Of a stretch of 64,000 nt of DNA, positions 29,618 through 43,537 are shown one piece after another. The notes below the pieces were generated by a model. The model was given only the letters and a program-made list of their open reading frames with translations, ran no database searches and was not told the DNA's origin. Origin of the DNA: Octopus vulgaris (lineage: Eukaryota); NCBI GenBank assembly GCA_951406725.2, contig OX597819.1:93992001-94056000 (forward strand), given 5' to 3'. How positions within the stretch are numbered: position 1 is the stretch's first letter; the number at the start of each line of letters is the position of its first letter. Made by a program: the position numbers and the translations under genes.

Positions 29618-30044
29618 CACATTTATATAAATGCACATGCATACATCATACATACAAAGGTTAACTTTGCCTGTCATCATTTTAGGGTCAATAAAATAGG
29701 TACTTATTGAACACTGGAGTTGGAACAACCGACTAGGCTTCTCCCTACAAATTTCAGGCCTTGTGCATATAGTAAAAGGACACATTCTTTAGTTTCCTTG
29801 TCCTCTACTTCCTCCTCTTTCTACATTATCAATCATCTGTTCCCTTTTCTTTCCTCATCTCACTGCATAAGTTTCTTCTTAAGCCTTGTCTTAAATATCA
29901 TCAGTCACATCATCATTATTGTCATCCCTCACCCATCTATTTCTACTCTTCCTTTTTCTTGTTTTTATCCTCTCCAAAAAATTTTGATTTCCATCAAGCT
30001 GCTATATTGCACTGTTGTGAAGTGCTGTCCTTATCCTCCTCCAC

Positions 30045-30072
30045 CTCATCATCATAATCGTCGTCGTCGTCC

Positions 30073-30120
<48 letters not shown>

Positions 30121-30122
30121 AT
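30045..30122 (+). repeat. (CAT)n/(CGT)n microsatellite just upstream of exon 12a
   Basis: A long tcatcatcat run ends ~65 nt before the acceptor. Confidence 0.95.
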
Positions 30123-30187
30123 GTTAATATAAATATTATTATTATCACCAATGTTTAACATGTTTCCTAATTTGTGTTTTGCTTCAG

Positions 30188-30329
30188 CATCCTTGGAATG
30201 AACTTATTTGGGTGTAAATTTTGTGGCCAGAAAAGGATAATGTCCACGCAGACGTACTCATATGCCCACCACAACTGTAGTCGAAAGAATTTCGACTCCT
30301 TACTCTGGTCAATCCTTACTGTGTTTCAG
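30188..30329 (+). CDS. Cav3: Cav3 (T-type Ca2+ channel alpha1) domain II S5-turret-P1 cassette exon, exon 12a type (tri-cysteine CxxC...C)
   Basis: Translates as (S)[47 protein letters not shown], matching the Cav3 domain II motif ILGMxLFGCKF...[16 protein letters not shown]. Acceptor is tttgtgttttgcttcAG (30186-87), branch-like CCTAAT at 30166-71, donor CAG|GTATCG. Length 142 nt = 1 + 47 codons. Confidence 0.93.
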
Positions 30330-30348
30330 GTATCGTATCTCAACCCAC

Positions 30349-30354
30349 TGCATG
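30349..30354 (+). promoter_or_regulatory. Candidate RBFOX-type splicing element TGCATG, 20 nt downstream of the exon 12a donor
   Basis: Exact hexamer in non-repetitive context. Function is inferred. Confidence 0.4.
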
Positions 30355-30859
30355 ATAGTATATACGTAGTTTACATTATCCTTGCCTTACTTTACTCACA
30401 ACTCAAACTTACAGAATCCATGTGTCAACACATCCATCCACACATATATATATGTAGATGTGTGTCTATATATCTATATGTATATATACACACACTTATA
30501 TACATATGTATATATATATATGTAAATATATATACTCACATATTTTTTTTTCAATTTTTTTTTCTGTTGCCTAGAATAGCTGCTACTATTGCTGAAATCT
30601 CTGGTATACATTGATGTCCCTACCTTTTCTTAGTCGTCTCTTAGTTCTAATTTAACCAACTAGCTTGTTTGCATAACTTAGTAATCTCTTATACTTACTA
30701 AGTAATAATTTAACTGCTTCCTCAAGAATCGAAAATCTATTTATCTATTAACTTGCCTTACCCACTTAACACAATTCTTTGAATATACATATAGAGACAT
30801 AGAGCAAATTTGTAATCTGGATCTAAAGCAGTACCTAAGCTCAAAAACATTTGCTTAAT

Positions 30860-30894
<35 letters not shown>

Positions 30895-31067
30895 TGTGTA
30901 CAGTGCTCAGGTGCACTACAACTCATCTAAAGGTACTCATCTGCAGTACCTTAGCTAATTTTTAATACTCAACAACATCAATTGTGGGGAAATAATGTCA
31001 GTGAAACAATTTAAATAAAATGTTTACATGGGTTTCAAGGATCTGCCAGAGTTAGTCTGCATTCTGA

Positions 31068-31157
<90 letters not shown>

Positions 31158-34100
31158 CTTGACATATTCCCAACTTAATAAGCAACTTAACTATCGACTG
31201 TCAATTATAATTAGTTTCACTTAAAGATTCAGTGATGTAAAGTCAAACAAGTAGTGAAAATATTTGTCTGTAAAGCATGAAAGGCCTGCAGTGGAATGCA
31301 AAATTAAAACTGTAGAGCAACATGTCTAATAAGCATACCAACATTTTTTTATTATTTTTTTTTACTTGTTTCACTCATTGGGCTGTGTCCATGCTGGAGC
31401 AATGTCTTCAAGGATTTTGAGTCAAACAGATCAACACTAATTTTTGTAATTTAAAATTATGACCAAGTATGATGGCATTTATTCTATCAGTATCTTTTGC
31501 CGAACTGTTAAGTTACTGGGAAGTAAGCAAACTAACACTGTCTGCTAATCAGTGCTTAAGGACAAACACAAGCGCAAACACTCAATGCATATACAATGAG
31601 CTCTCACACAGTCTCCATCTACAAAATCAACTCTCAAGGTTTTTGTTAGCTTGGTACTATAGTAGAAGACACTGCCATGCAATGGAACTGAACCTGAAAC
31701 CACATGATTGCAAAGCAAACTTCTTAACCATGCAGCCATGCTTGTGCCAAGCTATTAAAACTTCACATAGAATTGATTTTATATTTGTTTTTTTGAAAAG
31801 AAGATGGTTTTTTTTCTCTCGCTCTCTTCATTATAGAGAAAATATAAATAATGTCAGAGAAAAAGACAGTTTTCTTGTGTACTGTAAGTTTGCAACTGAC
31901 ATAAGCCTTATTCATTGCTCGTTTCTTAGAGCATACTTCATTCTTGAACTGGTCATTTCGGTAGGAACTTCGTTTTCTTCTTGCTAGAAGACAAATATCC
32001 CTTTGTATAAGATTCACTGTCTATAACAAGGTGTTTTTAGACTGATACTGTGCCACATATAAATGAAACAACTTCAACAGCAACAACAAGACTGAGTTTT
32101 GGGGTATTTTTGTTGGTTGTTTTTTCATTTATTTCCTTCTTCTTCTTCATCTTCTTCATAGAAAACTGATTTTCAATAGCATATCTGTCTGGCAGAAATC
32201 TAAGTAGACATCTCACGCTTTTATAGTCACTAACATGCCAGACATCTTTTTATTAACAAATATATGCATATGTGTGTGTGCACACATATATGTCTGTATA
32301 TGTGTCTCTATGTTTATAATTATATATAAATAGAGATTTTATCATTGTTATTTTTGGTGTTAGAGCGGTAGTGAAGGAAAAAATCAGTAGAGATTTAAAC
32401 ACCTGATATAGAATAATAAATTTGATACCACAGGATTCTGAGTTCAAATTCAGATAATTTCTATTGAAATCACCTACTAATTATTAATAATATACTGAAG
32501 TTGAGGCAGTTAAAAATCTGTTCATTTACCTCAAAATTTGGTTCTTGTATAGACAAATGAAGTTGTTGGTATTGTTGGTTTTGATTTTATAATTTCCTAA
32601 TTAAAACATAGAGTTGAACATTTTTCGAGATATAAATCAGATTTGAAAAACACTCCATTTGACAGATCTGCAATATCTCACTTGTTCATATTTATTCTTA
32701 TTTATATATATATGTATAGAGTACAGTGATGTAACAGAGCCTTTACTAATCAACTCCAAAAAAAATCCTGATTCACACTTGCAAGCACTTCATTTACATT
32801 ATAGACAGATATAGTAGAACATCAAATGAAAATGCGACTGAATTCAAATCCAACTAAGATAGGTTTTGTATTTCATTCTTCCAAAGTCAACAAAATAAAA
32901 TACCAGTCAAACACAGTGGTCAATGTGATCAAGTGGTTCCTTCCCACTAAATGTATAGTCTTGTGTCAATGTCAGAAATCACTATATATATAAAAGAATT
33001 AACAATACAAATTCCCATTTCTGTTCCTCTAAAGCTTATGTTAAGAAATGTAAATAGAAATAAATAGTAAATATTAAAAAAACATATGTAAATTTCTGTC
33101 ATAAATTCAACTTTCTGAAAACCATAATGCCTGTTTTAGTATTGCATAAAACTATGAGGTGAAGAGCTGTTAGAATCATTAGCATACTGGGCAAAGTGCT
33201 AAGTGGTATTTCAGCTGTCATTACATTCTGAGTTCAGTTTCAGCCCAGGTCAACTTTGCCTTTCATGCTTTCAGGGTCTGTAAAATAAGTACTATTTGAG
33301 CACCAGGGTTGATGTAAGCAATATCCCCTCCCCCGAAATTGCTGGCCTTGTGCCAAAATTTGAAACCAATATTGTATAAAGCTATGACAATTATAGAAGT
33401 AAGGTTTTTAGCATTCTAGTTCAGCAATCCAATTTAAATTCCTGATCCCAGCCATTTCAATTACTCTTAAACTCCTTTAAAATGATATGAGCATTCCGAA
33501 CATTCACACAATCCCAATCACGCATACAAAATTGAGAACGTCTGCTGCCTGCCCACGTAAATTGGTATCTTACAAAATTTACCAGTTTTTTAAAGTAGCT
33601 AGAATGCATGTCGTTAAGAATGGAATTGAATTTCTTTGATATTTATACCTATTTTTATATTACAGCATATTAACTGAGTTTGGTTTTCATTTCTTTGTTT
33701 TTTTTTGTTTTGTTTTTGTTTTTTTTTTTCACTTCTGTCTCCATAATAATGAATTTCATATCTTATAGTATAGAAAAATGAATTATTGTTTTGTAGTTGC
33801 AAACCCAGATTTTGATCACATGCTACCCACTCAACTTTGTCATTTTTATTATTTAATTACCATAAAAATTCCTCTCTTATGTCATTTCATAGTAGAACAT
33901 TAATATTTTTCTCATTCTTAATTTGTTTCAATAACACTTTATTTTTTTTCTACCATCTAAGCTACCAATATATCTTTTTATTCTACGAACAGTATTGATA
34001 CAACAACTTACATACTGACAAATAGACAAATATTTAGGCATTTATTTAGATATTTACGAACAGTTTTGAGATCACCAATACTATAGCTTTCCACTCTGAA

Positions 34101-35370
34101 TATATCTTATGCAATTTTATCCTTTCTGTTCTAAAAATTTATTCTATTATGGCAATTGTCTGTTTAAAGGTTTTCTCATGCAAAAATTATTCTATTATAT
34201 ATTTTCTCAGTTTAACTAATTCTTCAAAGTTTGACATGTATGTCAGACATAACTTGATTAACAACCAAATTTGTATTATAGGTGTATTACGGTGTGGCTA
34301 AAAAAAGCTGACCAATATTTAAGTAGTAGAATTAATCATATGTTTAATCAATAAAAGTGTAAATTCTTTTCAGCTTATGGTAACAAAAAAAAAATAATAA
34401 AATAATTAAATCATATCTTTAACTTCCAAAACTATTCTGTCATGGTCTGAATGCGTTCATCACACTTCTTTAGCATATATATTCCTAACCGTTTATCCTT
34501 GCCCCGAATCTCTTTCACAGAGAAAATTACACTTGTGCATTTATGTATTTGCATCTGTGTGTGTGTTTGCGTGTGCATGCATGTGCACTTGCACATGAAT
34601 GTATGTGTCTGTATACACTTTCTTTCTCTTTCTCTTTCTCTTTCTCTCTCTCACTCTCACACACAAGCACACACATACACACAAACGCACACATACACAT
34701 ATAAACACATGTAGATATGCATATCTTACTCTTTCCTCTCTCTCTCACTCTTTCTCTCTCTCTTCCTTCTTTTTAAGGTCTAATAGTGGATCCTATTGTA
34801 ATTTTTATATTTTTACTTCTTTCTTCTTACATCTCAATATCTGCCTCCACCCTCTCTCTCCACTATGTCTTCTCTCTTTCTCTCTCTCCCTTTCTCCCCT
34901 CCTCCCTCTCCTTCTTTCTCTCCCTTCCTCTTTCTCTACCTATCTATCTATCTCTTGTAATGCCGAAATTGAGTAAGTGTTATGCTAACAATTACAAGTA
35001 CTACCATTAGTTTTACAATCATTAATTATTGTCTTTATTTGTATAATATTTATTAGTCCTGCACTTATTAGTTTCTGGTTATTGCCTACCTACAGACCTT
35101 TGTCTTTGACATAGATATCTTTCTCTTTTCTTCTTTCTCTTATATATCTCCTTTCAGTCTGCTGATAAGTTTCATTAAACTCTGGCAAATACATCTAATC
35201 AGAAGCGTGAGATTCCTCACCATTTCTGCTTCACCTTACATAATAAATATCACTTGCAGCCTAATCTACTAATGAAATGTAAGCTTCCCTATCATAATAA
35301 GTATGCAATCTACTTTGATTCTAATTACCCTATGTCTAAAGTAAATTACCTCCCTTGCACATCAAGAAAC

Positions 35371-35597
35371 TTAACCCTTTGTCCTACAGATTACTCATTA
35401 ACTGGAATGCTTATTTATTCACGTTGTTTTGAGTTAATCGTCCATTATCTCGTAGCTTTGAGATTTTCATGATGTGATTGCTTCGTTTTAGATGGACATC
35501 GTAGGGTAGGTGTGAAAGGGTGCATCTGGCCGGTTGGAACATTAAACAGGTAGGATATTTAGGCTAATTGTGCCCAGTTTGAATACTAAAGGGTGAA
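35371..35597 (+). mobile_element. TTAA MITE copy
   Basis: ttaacccttt...aatactaaagggtgaa, with internal similarity to the other copies. Confidence 0.7.
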
Positions 35598-36823
35598 ACA
35601 CTCCCAACAAATACACCAGTACACCAGCTTAACATAAATTTTCTGTCCATTCCTACCATCACACAATGAGCAGCTTTCACAGCATTGTGAAGAAACACGA
35701 GTTATAGTGAAAACAACCCATCTCACTCTGTCAGTTATGATGGTGAGAGTTCCAGTTGATCCGATCAGTGGAACAGCCTGCTCGTGAAATTAACGTGCAA
35801 GTGTCTGAGTATGCCACAGACATGTGTACCTTTAATGTAGCTATCAGTGTGACACAGAGTGTAACAAGGCCGGTCCTTTAAAATACAGGTATTATTCATT
35901 TTTGCCAGTTGAGTGGACTGGAGCAATGTGAAATAAAATATCTTGCTTAAGGACACAATGTGTCACTGGGAATTGAACTCATGACCTTACAATCATGAGC
36001 CGAATACCCTAACCACTAAGCCGCGTGCCTTCACAATGACCCATCTAGGAAAGTAGTAACTCAGAATGAAGCTCTGTATGAAAAAGACAAGGACACATTC
36101 CAGGTGAGAAGAAAAGTAAATCTGAATAAAATTATGAGGGACACCAGTACAAATATAATCCATTATATATAATATATTATCAAAGCAATGTGCTTCAACC
36201 TGCTGCTCCTGGGTGAATCCACTTTCTGCTACTCTCAATAAATATAATTTCAAATTATTTACATTTAATTAGAATTCTGAGAAAGTTAAGTTAAGGAGCA
36301 ATGTTTCTTAACTTACAAGCGACTATTGCTAAGTAGAAGGTTTGGAGAATTAAGTACACAACTCATTGTAAATAGAGGCAATTAAAATTGCATACATAAA
36401 ACACAAAAACAACGTATTCATCAGTTTTGCATCTGTTGGTTGATTTTCCTCGATTATTTGTTTGTACAAAAGTGTAAGTGTCAGTGAGCTTATGATAGTG
36501 TCTATGTATGTGAACCTACGTAGGATATGTGTGTAACTGTGTGTCTGTGAGAGCATGTGTTTCCATACTTTGTTTTAGAAAATTAATTACAAGAAAATAC
36601 ATGAAATATTTGTTATAATCATAAATTCACAGATTAACCTCTTGAAGACTAAAATAGTTAAGAATAGCTAATAACAATCAATTAATACAACCCAAAACAT
36701 GCACTGTCAGTAGTGTGAGATAGGTAGGTATGCCAAATCATGAGATCTGGTCCAAATTAATTGCCAAATTGAATGCAATCTTGGTAAATTCTAATGCCAA
36801 TTATATATATATATATATATATA

Positions 36824-36856
<33 letters not shown>

Positions 36857-36868
36857 TGTATGTATGTT

Positions 36869-36916
<48 letters not shown>

Positions 36917-38985
36917 CACACACACACATATCTATATCTGCATGTGTTTGTATGTATATATGGATGTGTGTGTGTATATATATATATATATATAAGAGAG
37001 AGAGAGATATACATACTTACATACATACACACACACATACATAAATACATACATATATACATGCATGCATGCATACATACATGCATGCATGCATACATAC
37101 ATACATGCATGCATGCATGCATACATACATACATGTATGCATGCATACATATATATAACCCATGCCTGCATAGAAAATGGATGTTATTGATGATGATATG
37201 CATAAATGTGTGTGTGTGTGTGTGTGTGTTTATGTAATTTATTATCTGGAAGTTGAATGCCATTTAGTGTTGCCAACAAAACGTGTTCAATTAATATCTC
37301 TCTAAATTTCATTGGCCTTAAAATTCAAGCAACATTTTATGTTTATCTATAATCTCATCAACCTTTAACTCTATAGCATTAATGGAGTGCTAGGTTTAAA
37401 GTTCAAATGAAATAAGGCAAGATTTACCTATAACATATTGATTTCTTTCATGCTTAAACTGAATAATTGGCTAAGATAATGAGACTGAGATTTAGTTGTT
37501 TAGTTTTCCACATTTTTTTTTAATCCTTTTTTTTGTTTGTCTCAAACATTTGACTGCGGGCATGCTTTGGCACCACTTTAAAATGTTATAGTCAAACAAA
37601 TGAACCCTGTTACTCATTTTTTAAAGACTGGTACATATTCTATCAGTCTCTTTTGCCAAACTGCTAAGTTACAAGAAAATAAACAAATCAAGCAGTGGAA
37701 AGACAGGCACAAACACAAAGACACACACGTGTATACAATGGGCTTCTTTCAGTTTCCACCCACCATATCTACTCACAAGGCTTTAGTCAGCCTGTATCTA
37801 TAGTAGAAAACTTTTGCCCAAGGTCCCACACAGTGAGACTGAACCTGAAATCATGTGGTTGGGAAGCAAACTTCTTATCACCCACCCACTTTTAATTAGT
37901 ATAATTCCATGCCCATGATTTGCATTTGTCTTGGCTATTTACATTTGGCAGAGATGATGGAGCATTGTATAGAATGATTCACAATATTTCTTCCAATTCT
38001 CAGGCAATGAGCTGGTGGAATCGTTAGCATGCAAGGCAAAATATTTAGCAGCATTTTATCTGGTTTTACATTCTGAGTTCAAATCCTGCCGAGGTTGACT
38101 TTGCCTTCATTCTTTTGGAGTCAACAAAATAGGTACTAGTTGAGCACTGGGGTTGATGTAATTAACTTATCCCCTCATTTTTTGCTGGCCTTTCGGGGAG
38201 CAATAAAAAAAGTACTAATCTTGGATGGTGGATTAACAGAATGGTAAAAATATCACATCAGATGCTTTGCATTATTTTTCTGGCTCAATGAATTCTGAGT
38301 TCAGAATTCACCATGTTATACTTGGCCAGTAGACTTAATCCATCATCTTAGCAACTTTGATGCCTTTAGCAAAATCCACTCTGCGAAATAATTATTAAAA
38401 ATGCTTTATTTCTACAAATCACAGCAGATTACAATTTAAATTATAACATTTAAATACAAAGAAACAGAAAAAAGGTAAGATGAAAAAGAAAAAACAAGAA
38501 AAAAGAGGGTTAAAGCAGCAGAATATAAAAGTGGAGGGGGCAATGGGCCCCACACCCTTGAACAAATGGTGCACTCAGCTATGCCTCGTCATAATGGCCA
38601 CAATGGTGTTGCCATGGAGAATGACCAGCAACACTCACTGCAGCAGCCACTCCACCTTGCAGGGCTCATTTCTCAAGACATTAGTTATTATTTTTGTTGC
38701 TCTTCTTCTTCCTCCTCCTCCTCCATCTTCTCCTTCAGCCCCAAGTCAGCTCTGATCAAACAAATTTACAATCAAAGAACATAGCAAACATGTCTCTTGT
38801 ATATTAAGGACTACAATAGACAATGGTATTTCCATGCAGTAATAGTAAGTTTTGAAGAAGATTTAGTTGCTATTTCTGGTAGATCATGTAGACCCATAAA
38901 AGTAACCTCATTGGCTCAGCATGAAACTTTATGTTTTAAAAAAGTTTTCTTTTATTTTGTCATCTTATATTCGTAGAATATACAG

Positions 38986-39388
38986 GGGCAGGCATGGCTG
39001 TGTGGTAAGAAACTTGCTTCCCAACCACATGGTTCTAGTTTCAGTCCCACTGTATGGCACCTTGGGCAAGTGTCTTCTACTATAGCCTCAAGCCAACCAA
39101 AGCCTTGTGAGTGGATTTGGTACATGGAAACTGAAAGAAACCCACCATATATATGTGCATGTGTGTGTGTATGTGTTTTCCCTCCTCCCTTCCACTCCTT
39201 GTTTGTGTGTTTATGTCCCCATACATTAGCGGTTCAGTAAAAGAGATCAATGGAATAAGTAGCAAGCTTTAAAAAAAAAGTACTGGGGTGAATACATTCG
39301 ACTATAAATTCTTCAAAGTGGTGCCCCAGCATGGCCACAGTCTAATGACTGAAACAAGTAAAGGACAAAAGATAAAAGATAAAAGATA
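38986..39388 (+). mobile_element. tRNA-derived SINE family A, full length
   Basis: tRNA-like head, internal (TG/TA)n, tail actgaaacaagtaaaag(ataaaag)n. Confidence 0.9.
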
Positions 39389-39955
39389 TGCTTCATCAAA
39401 TATCTTCTAGACTTCTATTTCTCTGTAGCTTAGAAATTTATTCTTTGTAAACTAGTCAACTCGCCTCTGCATTTCTTATTATTAAGCTATATTTATTAGC
39501 GACTGTTTCCCCATGTTGTTTACATACCATTAAGAAAAACTCAATCAGTCATATCCAAAAACCAATGCCTAAAGAAAATAATTTAGGAGAGGACTCATTT
39601 GGTTTCCCTGCAAATATCCAGCCTTCAGACAGAGATGTAATGCAAGAGAATGGTAAATATAGATCACATTTGGTGTCAGAAAACAAATGGCATCATAGAG
39701 AATTGAGAAAATGCTCGAAGGACTTCAATTATAGATAACGGTAATTTTGTTAAATGAGGTTTATATATAGTACAGTGTACACAAGGATGACCTAGAAATA
39801 TTTGTGGCAAAACATCAGCTCATTCATTAATGACAAGTTTCCATAATTGGATGCATTTATTGTCATGTAGTTATGTTGCATATCTACACTGCATCTGTCC
39901 CAGTAGAGTGTGTGCATGGTGCATACATGTAGATAAGTGTATGTGTGTATGCATG

Positions 39956-39986
<31 letters not shown>

Positions 39987-40093
39987 TTAATAAAAAAAAA
40001 ATAGTGGAGAAAAAACACAAGAAAAAGCAACAAAGCAAGGACGTGGTAAATGCAATGTATTAATAAAACACTCAGGGAAGGAAAGAAAGGGTA

Positions 40094-40126
40094 TTTTACG
40101 TTTCAAGCAGAGCTCTTCTTCAGAAA
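40094..40126 (-). ncRNA. Minimal hammerhead ribozyme motif in a Penelope-like terminal repeat fragment
   Basis: The minus strand reads UUU-CUGAAGA-A-GAGC-UCU-GCUU-GAAAC-GUA-AAA. The core nucleotides are present and stem III is the palindrome ACGU, but stem I is weak. Confidence 0.5.
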
Positions 40127-40165
40127 CAGGTGACAAAGGGAAGTCCAAAAGAAAAGGAAGACAAA

Positions 40166-40580
40166 GGTGTAGGAGTGGCTGTGTGGTAAGTAGCTTGCTT
40201 ACGAACTACATGGCTCCAGGTTCAGTCCCACTGCGTGGCACCTTGGGCAAGTGTCTTCTACTATAGCCTTGGGTCAACCAAAGCCTTGTGGGTGGATTTG
40301 GTAGACGGAAACTGAAAGAAAGCCATCGTATATATGTATGTATATATATGTATGTGTATGTGTATACGTTTGTGTGTCTGTGTTTGTCCCCCCAACATCG
40401 CTTGACAACCAATGCTGGTGTGTTTACATCCCCTTCACTTAGTGAGTCGGCAAAAAGAGACCAATAGAATAAGTACTAGGCTTACAAAGAATAAGTCCTG
40501 GGGTTAATTTGTTTGACTAAAGGTGGTGCTCCAGCATGGCCACAGTCAAATGACTGAGACAAGTGAAAGAGTAAAAGAAA
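40166..40580 (+). mobile_element. tRNA-derived SINE family A, full length, inserted in a Penelope-like fragment
   Basis: Same structure as the 38986 and 50506 copies. Confidence 0.9.
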
Positions 40581-40810
40581 GAGAGCTAAAAATCACCAAC
40601 AATCCAAATGTAGTTACATTTTGGAATGTATATATATGTATATATATATATATATAGTCACAATGAGAATATTTAAACCTCTTATAGGGATATTTTATTC
40701 AAATTACACTGGTTTAATACATTTTAAATAGGTATTTCTTCAATGAATATATTGTATAAAATATCATAAAATATCAAATATCATTATTGAGTTAGAAAAC
40801 AGGGAGATCT

Positions 40811-41524
40811 AATGGATAGAAATTAATTTATTAATTAATTAACATATTCACCTGCAATTGTTTTATTTCACAAACAAAATTAAAATTACAAAACATATAT
40901 AGATATATAATTTTGCATTTTAAATACCTTGTATGGAAAAGCATCAGGGTGTACAAAGGACAATACAAGGATTACATTAGGATACGTTTGGAACACTCAG
41001 AATATATAGACATGCTTATTATGTGTGTATGTATATGTGTGTGTGTGTGTGTATGTGTGTGTGCATGCATGTATTAAAATTATTTTTATTTTTAATTCAA
41101 TAACAATAATCATGAATGATGGGTTATAGTATATAAGGGTAAAGCAATATAATGAAGAAAGTGAAAGTGAAACAAATTTTATTTCACTTTTACTTTCATT
41201 TTATTACTTAACTCTTATATACTTATAACCCATTATTCAAGATTATTGTTATTGGATTAAAAATAAGAGTAATGATTTTAACAAATGTGCACACACACAT
41301 ACATATATACACAGATAATAAACATGTCTATATATTCTGAATGTTCCAAATGTGTCTTAATGTAATCCTTGTTTTGCCCTTTGTACAACTTGAAGCTTTT
41401 CCATACGAGGTATTTAAAATGCAAAATTAAATATTTATCTGTTTTGTAATTTTAATTTTGTTTGTGAAATAAAACAATTGCAGGTGAATATGTTAATTAA
41501 TTAATAAATTAATTTGTATACATT
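40811..41524. repeat. ~710-bp imperfect palindrome (foldback), centre near 41175
   Basis: Left arm aattaatttattaattaattaacatattcacctgcaattgttttatttcacaaacaaaattaaaattacaaaac is the reverse complement of 41441-41514. Pairing continues inward to aaagtgaaa...tttcacttt. Confidence 0.93.
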
Positions 41525-41582
41525 CGATATTTTATGTGTGTGTGTGTGTATGTGCGTGTATATGTGTGTTTATAAATATATA

Positions 41583-42545
41583 TTGGATCATCCCATAACT
41601 AATGCATTTTTTATACTTCTTTTATTTTTCAAAATTAAGAAGGGCGGTGCCCCAGCATGGCCTCAGCCGGATGGCTGAAACAAGTAAAAGAGTAAAAGAG
41701 TATACACAAAGTTTTTTTTCAATCTAAGATATACTCTTCTTCATTTTTTAGAATGCTCTTCCATCTATTTGATACACTTGCAAGGCCCCTCTTCCAAAAT
41801 TCACTTATCAGTGACAAAAAATTCTCCTCCACTACTGTTCTGACCTTGTCTACAGAATTCATATTTTTTCCATCCAAATGATTTTGAAGACTGTGGAATA
41901 AATGATAATCAGATGGGGCATGTCCAGTGCATATGGTGGGTGGGACATCGTTTCCCATTCAAACTGCTCCAGCGTTTGGAATTTCATCATCACTGTATGT
42001 GGTTAAGCATTATCCTGATGGAAGAATACCTTTCATCTTGAAACCAAAGATTGTCATTTTTCTTTTAGTACTGACTTGAATGACTGATTGAATGACCAAA
42101 TCCAAACTTGTCTGCTAGTTCCTCAAGAGTTACGATCGGATTTTGTTCTGTCAGGACATCCATATCGAGATCTACAGATCTTCCAGGATGAGGCTTATCA
42201 TCTAAGCTGTAGCTTCCAGCTCAGAATTTCTGGAACAACCGTTGACACTGGCTTATGCTTATTGTCCGATCCCATTATACTGCATTAATATTCCTCGCAC
42301 TTTCCATTGCGTTGTTGCCTTTAATGAACTCATATGCTGAATATGCTCCTTTGTCGCTTCTATTATAGCTTTGAGAAAATAACAGTTAAAATCAAATAGC
42401 ACTCTTCAAAACTTACACTTAGAATGAGGACAAGGTAAAATTACTACCAACTTTTATAAAAAGTTGATGCAGGTAGTTTATCCCTTCACCCCCGACTTTT
42501 AATTAATGCATTGAAAAAAAATGCATTATTTATGGGATGACCCAG
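41583..42545 (-). mobile_element. Defective mariner (DD34D-type) transposon with terminal inverted repeats (TIRs)
   Basis: TIRs are ttggatcatcccataactaatgcatttttt and aaaaaaatgcattatttatgggatgacccag, with flanking TA. Minus-strand motifs are FFHQDNA* and APSDYHLFHSLQNHL...FWKRGL...RW...EYILD. A SINE 3' fragment is nested at ~41643-41700. Confidence 0.88.
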
Positions 42546-42609
42546 TATATACACACATTATATATATGTGAGTGTGTATGTAAGTATGTATGTATGCATA
42601 TGTATATGC

Positions 42610-42643
<34 letters not shown>

Positions 42644-42702
42644 GGTGAGAGATAGTGGATAAAGAGTTAAAAACCTAGTATTAATTACAGGGATATGTGA
42701 AG

Positions 42703-42758
<56 letters not shown>

Positions 42759-42763
42759 CTATA

Positions 42764-43537
42764 CAGGGTGTGGTGAATAAAATGCCCTCTAAATTATGCA
42801 AAAATGGAAATAACAATGATATTCCATTTTAACAAATATATATATACTAAAATTACATAAAAATATCTTGAAATACTAAAGAGTAAATTTATTCAGTAAA
42901 TTCGCCATTGGCTTCAACCATGGCCTCTAGACAACTTCAGAATCTCCTGCAACACTTCTGGATGGTCTCCATGTTTAAGTTGGTGAATGCTGCCATAATC
43001 CTTGCCTTCAGTTCATCTTTGGTGTTACAAGGAGTTCTGTTCGTTTCTCACTCAGCTGTGCCCCACACATAATAATCAAAGGGGTTGCAGTCTGAGGAGT
43101 TAGGTGGCCAGATGTTAGGGGTGGTGTGGTCGCAGAAATTGTCTGACAGCCATCTCTGGGTTCTCCTTCTTCTGTGGAATGGTGCATAGTCCTGTTGCTA
43201 GACATAGGGTCTTCTGGCAGCCACCCTCTTGACCTAGAATAGTACTACCTCCTTCATTTTTATCACTCTCAGTGCACGCCCTCAGATTACACTGTCCTCA
43301 GATTAATACCCAAACACTCTGAAATTTTTATATTGGAGCTTCTGGCATGAATACCAAGCAGTACAGCATTTCATTTCCAAATTTCTGGTAGAGTGAATTG
43401 TGCCATATAGTTGCTTTTCTCACAGATGGTGCCCAACTGACCCTACTATATTGTGTAGTTGACAAAATCAAAAACAAACTATGCGCATGCATTAAATTAA
43501 AAATATAAAATGGCAACAATTTACCCATTGCACCTTG
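42764..43537 (-). mobile_element. Defective Tc1/mariner-superfamily transposon, maT (DD37D) type
   Basis: The minus strand reads *QQD-YAPFH...IWPPNSSDCNPF-DYYVWG, with 37 residues between the last two catalytic Asp, and C-terminal CRRF*SCLEAMVEANGE. Degenerate TIRs cagggtg / caccttg are flanked by TA. Confidence 0.85.

Noticed and set aside
30001-30030. Possible shared selector sequence upstream of both cassette exons (attgcactgttgt vs attgtagttgttgt near 52166)
   Set aside because: The match is too short and low in complexity, and I found no complementary docking site by eye. It needs a comparative alignment.
35157-35215. ctgataa...gaagcgtgagat as another plus-strand hammerhead relic
   Set aside because: It has several core mismatches and no convincing stem II.
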